Shown: positions 60,425 through 64,000 of the stretch, piece after piece | Numbering within the stretch: the first letter of the stretch is position 1 | Layout: each line of letters starts with the position of its first letter | NCBI GenBank assembly: GCA_963798845.1 | Contig: CAWCUS010000004.1 | Coordinates: 288,001 to 352,000 of the forward strand | Direction of reading: 5' to 3' | Source: an uncultured Gemmatimonadales bacterium | GTDB lineage: Bacteria; Gemmatimonadota; Gemmatimonadetes; Longimicrobiales; RSA9 | Length of the DNA: 64,000 nt | Notes under the pieces: generated by a model | Told to the model about the DNA's origin: nothing | Databases searched by the model: none | Seen by the model: only the letters and a program-made list of their open reading frames with translations | Program-made: the position numbers and the translations under genes

Positions 60425-61524
60425 CCGTCGCCTCCGACCTTCGGCTCCGGAAGCTCGAGACCTTCACGTTCCTCGCCTTCGTCCTCCTCGCGACGGGCGT
60501 GTTCTTCTGGACCATCCGCCCGTTCTTCTCTCCGCTGTTCTGGGCGGCGGTGTTCGCACTCCTGTTCCAGGGAATGCACGCGCGCCTGGTGCGACTCTTC
60601 CGCGGCAGGCGGGCCCCGGCGGCGCTCGTGGCGACCATGGCGACGGTCCTGTTCGTCGTGCTCCCGTTCGCCGCCGTGCTCGCGGCGCTGGCGCGGCAGG
60701 GCCTGCTCCTGTACCAGGGTCTCGCTTCCGGGGAGATCAGCGTGCAGGCCCCGATCGACCTGATCGAGCGGTGGCTGCCCGCCGTGGCCGGGCTTCTCGA
60801 GCGGTACGGCGTGGATGTCGAGCAGCTCCGGGTCTCCATGCAGGACGTGGCGGCGCGGGTCACCGGGTCCATAGCCGGATGGGCGCTGACGGCCGGACAG
60901 AACGTGCTGATGATCGCGCTCCTGTTCGGGCTCATGCTCTACCTGCTGTTCTTCTTCTTCCGGGATGGCGGCCGCATCGTGGACCACGTCATGCGGGTCC
61001 TGCCGCTGGGCGAAGACCGCAAGCAGCGCCTGCTTCGGAAGTTCGCCGAGGTCGCGCGGGCCACGGTGAAGGGGACGCTGATCATCGCGGTGGTGCAGGG
61101 GAGTCTCGGCGGGCTCCTGTTCGCCGTCGTCGGCATCCGGACCGCCGTCTTCTGGGGCGCCGTGATGGCGGTGCTGTCGCTGCTGCCCGCCGTCGGGGCC
61201 GGCCTGATCTGGCTTCCCGGGGCCGTCATCCTCTTCGCGGGCGGGCACGTGTGGCAGGCCGTGCTCGTGGTGCTCGGCGGCGTCTTCGTGATCGGGCTCG
61301 TCGACAATCTGCTGAGGCCCATCCTCGTCGGTCGTGACACCAGGACGCCCGACTACATCATCCTCCTCTCCACACTCGGCGGGATCGCGGCATTCGGGAT
61401 GGCCGGCTTCGTCGCCGGCCCCGTGGTCGCTGCACTGTTCCTGGTGGTGTGGGACATGTTCGGCGAGGAGTACGCGGAGAAGACGCTGCTGGCTGAGCGA
61501 CCCGCGCGGGAGCCGGAAGGCTGA
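60421..61524 (+). CDS. AI-2E family transporter
   Basis: PFFSPLFWAAV, FFFRDG, ATVKGTLIIAVVQG, DNLLRPILVG, STLGGI..FG..GFVAGP. Confidence 0.9.
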   Translation: MTVASDLRLRKLETFTFLAFVLLATGVFFWTIRPFFSPLFWAAVFALLFQGMHARLVRLFRGRRAPAALVATMATVLFVVLPFAAVLAALARQGLLLYQGLASGEISVQAPIDLIERWLPAVAGLLERYGVDVEQLRVSMQDVAARVTGSIAGWALTAGQNVLMIALLFGLMLYLLFFFFRDGGRIVDHVMRVLPLGEDRKQRLLRKFAEVARATVKGTLIIAVVQGSLGGLLFAVVGIRTAVFWGAVMAVLSLLPAVGAGLIWLPGAVILFAGGHVWQAVLVVLGGVFVIGLVDNLLRPILVGRDTRTPDYIILLSTLGGIAAFGMAGFVAGPVVAALFLVVWDMFGEEYAEKTLLAERPAREPEG

Positions 61525-61647
61525 CGGGCGAGCCGCAACCGCGCGCCCCTCTCCGCCGCGCGCGCTCCCGGGCGGCCCGCCCGACGTCCTTGTCGCGGTC
61601 TCCATGCGCAGGGCGCGGCAACACACGGGTTGCCGCGCCCTGCTCAT

Positions 61648-62952
61648 TTACCGCAGCAGCCAGGCCCTTCGCCCGAGCAGTCCCCGGACGCTGGCGGGGA
61701 GCCTCCTGCGCGTGGCAGCCGCACCGTGCGTGGCACGGATGCCACTGCCGCCGGGTGCCGGCGTCGCCAGGAACGCGTGGACCTCGCCGGTGCTCTTCAC
61801 GACGGCGAGGCCCGCGATCTGGCCTGCCTGGTTGATGGCGAGGGGGAGGATCACGTACAGGGGGGCGTCCTCGGGGATGAGCTCGTTCAGGTCCGTGTAG
61901 GAGCCGGCCTGCCACAGGTAGCCGCGACAGAATCCGAAGGCCACGTCGCAGGAGGCGCCGACCATCTGGCCGCTGTCGTTGGCCTGGAAGGGCGTGTTCA
62001 CCCGGTCCGTGGGGTCGGAGCTCATCAGCCCGAGATCCTGGATTCCCGTCTGCCGGGTCCACCGGAAGGCGTGCAGGGCCCCGTCAGCGGTGCCTGCCGC
62101 GCCGAAGACCTCGCCCTGGTTGTTCACGGCCGCGGCGAAGCCGCTGATGGGGTCGCCGAGGTCCCCCAGATCGACGGGTGTGCCGTGGTCCCACAGCACC
62201 GCGTGCGCCCCCATTCCGGTTCCGTTGAAGAGGGTGTTCGAGCAGTCGCCGGACGTGCCGACGACCAGTCCTCGCTCGTTGTTCCGGACGGCCATGGCCA
62301 CCTCGTCGCCGGCGAGCGGGGGGAGCACGTGGATCCTGCCCCGCTCCCAGGACACCGCCTGGAAGTGGCTCTTCTGGGGCAGCACGCATGAGTTGTCGAG
62401 GACGCCGTCGTCCGCCAGCCCGACGATCTGGCCCTGGCTGTTCATGGACAGGGCGGCGGCGTTGGTGCCGCCGGGAAGGCCGTCAAGCGGCGTCATCACC
62501 CCGTCCCGCCACAGCGCGGGGCGGCAGGCCAGCGGCGAGTGGAAGCCGCAGAAGTCCTCCTCGAGCGGGTCCACCTGATCGACTTCGGAGAGGATGGAGA
62601 GCTCGGATCTCCCGGCCCGCCCCCCGGCCTGGCTGTTCAACTCCGCGCCGCCGAGGGTGCCGACGTCCGTCGCCCGGCCAGCTGCCCAGCGGAACCCGTG
62701 CTGGTAGCCGCCGGGCACAGTGGCGGCCCCGGCGACGCGGCCGGCGTCGCTGATGTCGAAGGCGATGCTGAAAGCCCCGTCGAAGCCGGCCAATGCGAGG
62801 TCGCCCTGGAGGTCCCGGATCTCGTAGCTGGGCGGCAGCGAGACCGACAGAGCGGCGGGCGAGGCCGAGGGGGCGGACGCGGTGGGACCGTCTCCGACGC
62901 ACGCGGACGCGGACAGGACCAGCACGATCGGGAGAGAGCTGCGAGCACGCAT
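61648..62952 (-). CDS. HAF-repeat extracellular lipoprotein
   Basis: Lipobox ASAC; repeats A..INxxGQIVG with HGF/HAV/HAF and DLG.LG. Confidence 0.85.
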   Translation of the reverse strand: MRARSSLPIVLVLSASACVGDGPTASAPSASPAALSVSLPPSYEIRDLQGDLALAGFDGAFSIAFDISDAGRVAGAATVPGGYQHGFRWAAGRATDVGTLGGAELNSQAGGRAGRSELSILSEVDQVDPLEEDFCGFHSPLACRPALWRDGVMTPLDGLPGGTNAAALSMNSQGQIVGLADDGVLDNSCVLPQKSHFQAVSWERGRIHVLPPLAGDEVAMAVRNNERGLVVGTSGDCSNTLFNGTGMGAHAVLWDHGTPVDLGDLGDPISGFAAAVNNQGEVFGAAGTADGALHAFRWTRQTGIQDLGLMSSDPTDRVNTPFQANDSGQMVGASCDVAFGFCRGYLWQAGSYTDLNELIPEDAPLYVILPLAINQAGQIAGLAVVKSTGEVHAFLATPAPGGSGIRATHGAAATRRRLPASVRGLLGRRAWLLR

Positions 62953-63003
62953 CGTGACCTCCGGATAGGGTGGAGAGTGGCGAGACGGGATGACGGGATG
63001 CCG

Positions 63004-63100
63004 TGTCCATTGTGGGCGTTGTTGCGCGCCTCTAGCTTGGACTGGCGGTATCGGATCGTCTCACACTGGTAGACGCGCGGAATCCCCCCGAATCCTGACA
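63004..63100. promoter_or_regulatory. Two face-to-face ECF-type promoters (TGTCnn-N17-CGC(C/G)TCTA)
   Basis: Plus: TGTCCA(63004)-17-CGCCTCTAG. Minus: TGTCAG(63100)-17-CGCGTCTAC. Confidence 0.55.
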
Positions 63101-63156
63101 TCCTCCGGCGGCGCCTCCGGGGAGGAGCCACCCACCGGAAAGCCCCAGAGGGATCT

Positions 63157-63756
63157 ATGGCGGCCACGCAGCAGCAGCACGCGATCACCGTCGTACTCGG
63201 CCAGCTGCGGGCCGGCGCGCCCGGGGCGATGGAGCGCCTGATCCCACTCGTCTACGCCGACCTGGCGCGCATCGCGCACCGGCAGCTCGGGCTCGAAGTG
63301 ACCGGCCACACCCTCTCCACGACCGAGCTCGTCCACGAGGCGTATCTGCGCCTCGTGGACCAGACGCGCGTCCAGTGGGCCGACCGGGCGCACTTCTATG
63401 CCGTGGCCGCGCACGTGATCCGGCGCGTGCTCGTGGACCACGCGCGTCGTCATGGCGCCGCGCGACGGGGTGGGCCGCAGCGGCGGAGCGTCCCGCTAGA
63501 GGTGCTCGAGTCCACCGACGCCGCGAGCCTCACCGCCGGAGAGCGCGCGGACGTGCTCGTGGCGCTCGACGACGCGCTCGATCGGCTCGCCGCCCTGGAC
63601 CCGCGGCAGGCGCGCGTGGTCGAGTGCAGGTTCTTCGGCGGGCTGACCGAGGCGGAGGCGGCGGAAGCGCTCGGCGTCACCGCGCGCACGGTGGCGCGCG
63701 ACTGGGTCAAGGCGCGCGGGTGGCTGTACCGGGAGCTGTGCGATGTCTCCTCCTGA
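63157..63756 (+). CDS. ECF sigma factor of the kinase-associated (TIGR02999-like) group
   Basis: LIPLVYADLARIA, HTLSTTELVHEAYLRL, DRAHFYAVAA..RRVLVDHAR, VVECRFFGGLT, TVARDWVKARGWL. Confidence 0.92.
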   Translation: MAATQQQHAITVVLGQLRAGAPGAMERLIPLVYADLARIAHRQLGLEVTGHTLSTTELVHEAYLRLVDQTRVQWADRAHFYAVAAHVIRRVLVDHARRHGAARRGGPQRRSVPLEVLESTDAASLTAGERADVLVALDDALDRLAALDPRQARVVECRFFGGLTEAEAAEALGVTARTVARDWVKARGWLYRELCDVSS

Positions 63757-64000
63757 GCACCACCGGGACGCCGGTCGGGCCGCGCTCACCGGACCGAGCC
63801 CGGCGCTCTCGGCCGAACGGTGGCGGGAGGTTCAGCGCGTGGTCGACGGCGCGCTCGACCGCCCGCCGCACGAACGGCACGCGTACCTGGCTGAGGCGTG
63901 CGCAGCGGACGCCTCGCTGCGCACCGACGCCGCGCAGCTGCTGACGGCCTGCGAGCGCGCAGAGCGGGCGAGCGGGCTCTTCGGCGAGCAGGCGATCGCG
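63743..64000 (+). CDS. N-terminus of an ECF-associated Ser/Thr kinase (partial; kinase domain beyond the window)
   Basis: ATG 63743 overlaps the sigma gene end; ERWREVQRVVDGALDRPPHERHAYLAEACAADASLR is the usual leader of such kinases. Not in the ORF track. Confidence 0.75.
   Translation, partial: MSPPEHHRDAGRAALTGPSPALSAERWREVQRVVDGALDRPPHERHAYLAEACAADASLRTDAAQLLTACERAERASGLFGEQAIA

Noticed and set aside
1..64000. Many long overlapping or antisense ORFs (e.g. 25761..28709, 41263..44316, 13778..16336)
   Set aside because: These are Arg/Pro/Gly-rich shadow frames of real genes, expected in high-GC DNA.

Overview
High-GC bacterial DNA (by eye over 70%) with about 45 protein-coding genes and no rRNA, tRNA or CRISPR array that I can see. 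The gene content suggests Gemmatimonadota (inference): four MacB-like ADOP permeases with an acidobacterial-type PadR, Hanks kinases fused to TolB/PD40 propellers, a kinase-paired ECF sigma factor, a STAND-ATPase/BTAD regulator and Ig-repeat lipoproteins. Other content: a GNAT-deacetylase fusion coupled to an S9 peptidase, a GH2 glycosidase, a DUF1326/DUF2182 pair, a porin/PBP module, VOC/SnoaL/YciI genes, and ScyD/E with a divergent LysR. A 14-kb co-oriented block holds two NarL regulators, OmpA, MscS, a CheB-CheR-histidine kinase, MlaEFD-PqiC and an AI-2E transporter. Signals outside the ORF track: two ECF42-type promoters, face-to-face ECF promoters between the HAF-repeat gene and the ECF/kinase pair, a motif shared upstream of two ADOP permeases, a hairpin over the PadR promoter, an orphan IS21-like end, and ECF42, TetR and TPR-tail remnants. 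Several frameshifts may be assembly errors. All family calls come from recalled motifs, not database searches. I cannot establish any clearly new system; the best candidates are listed under findings.
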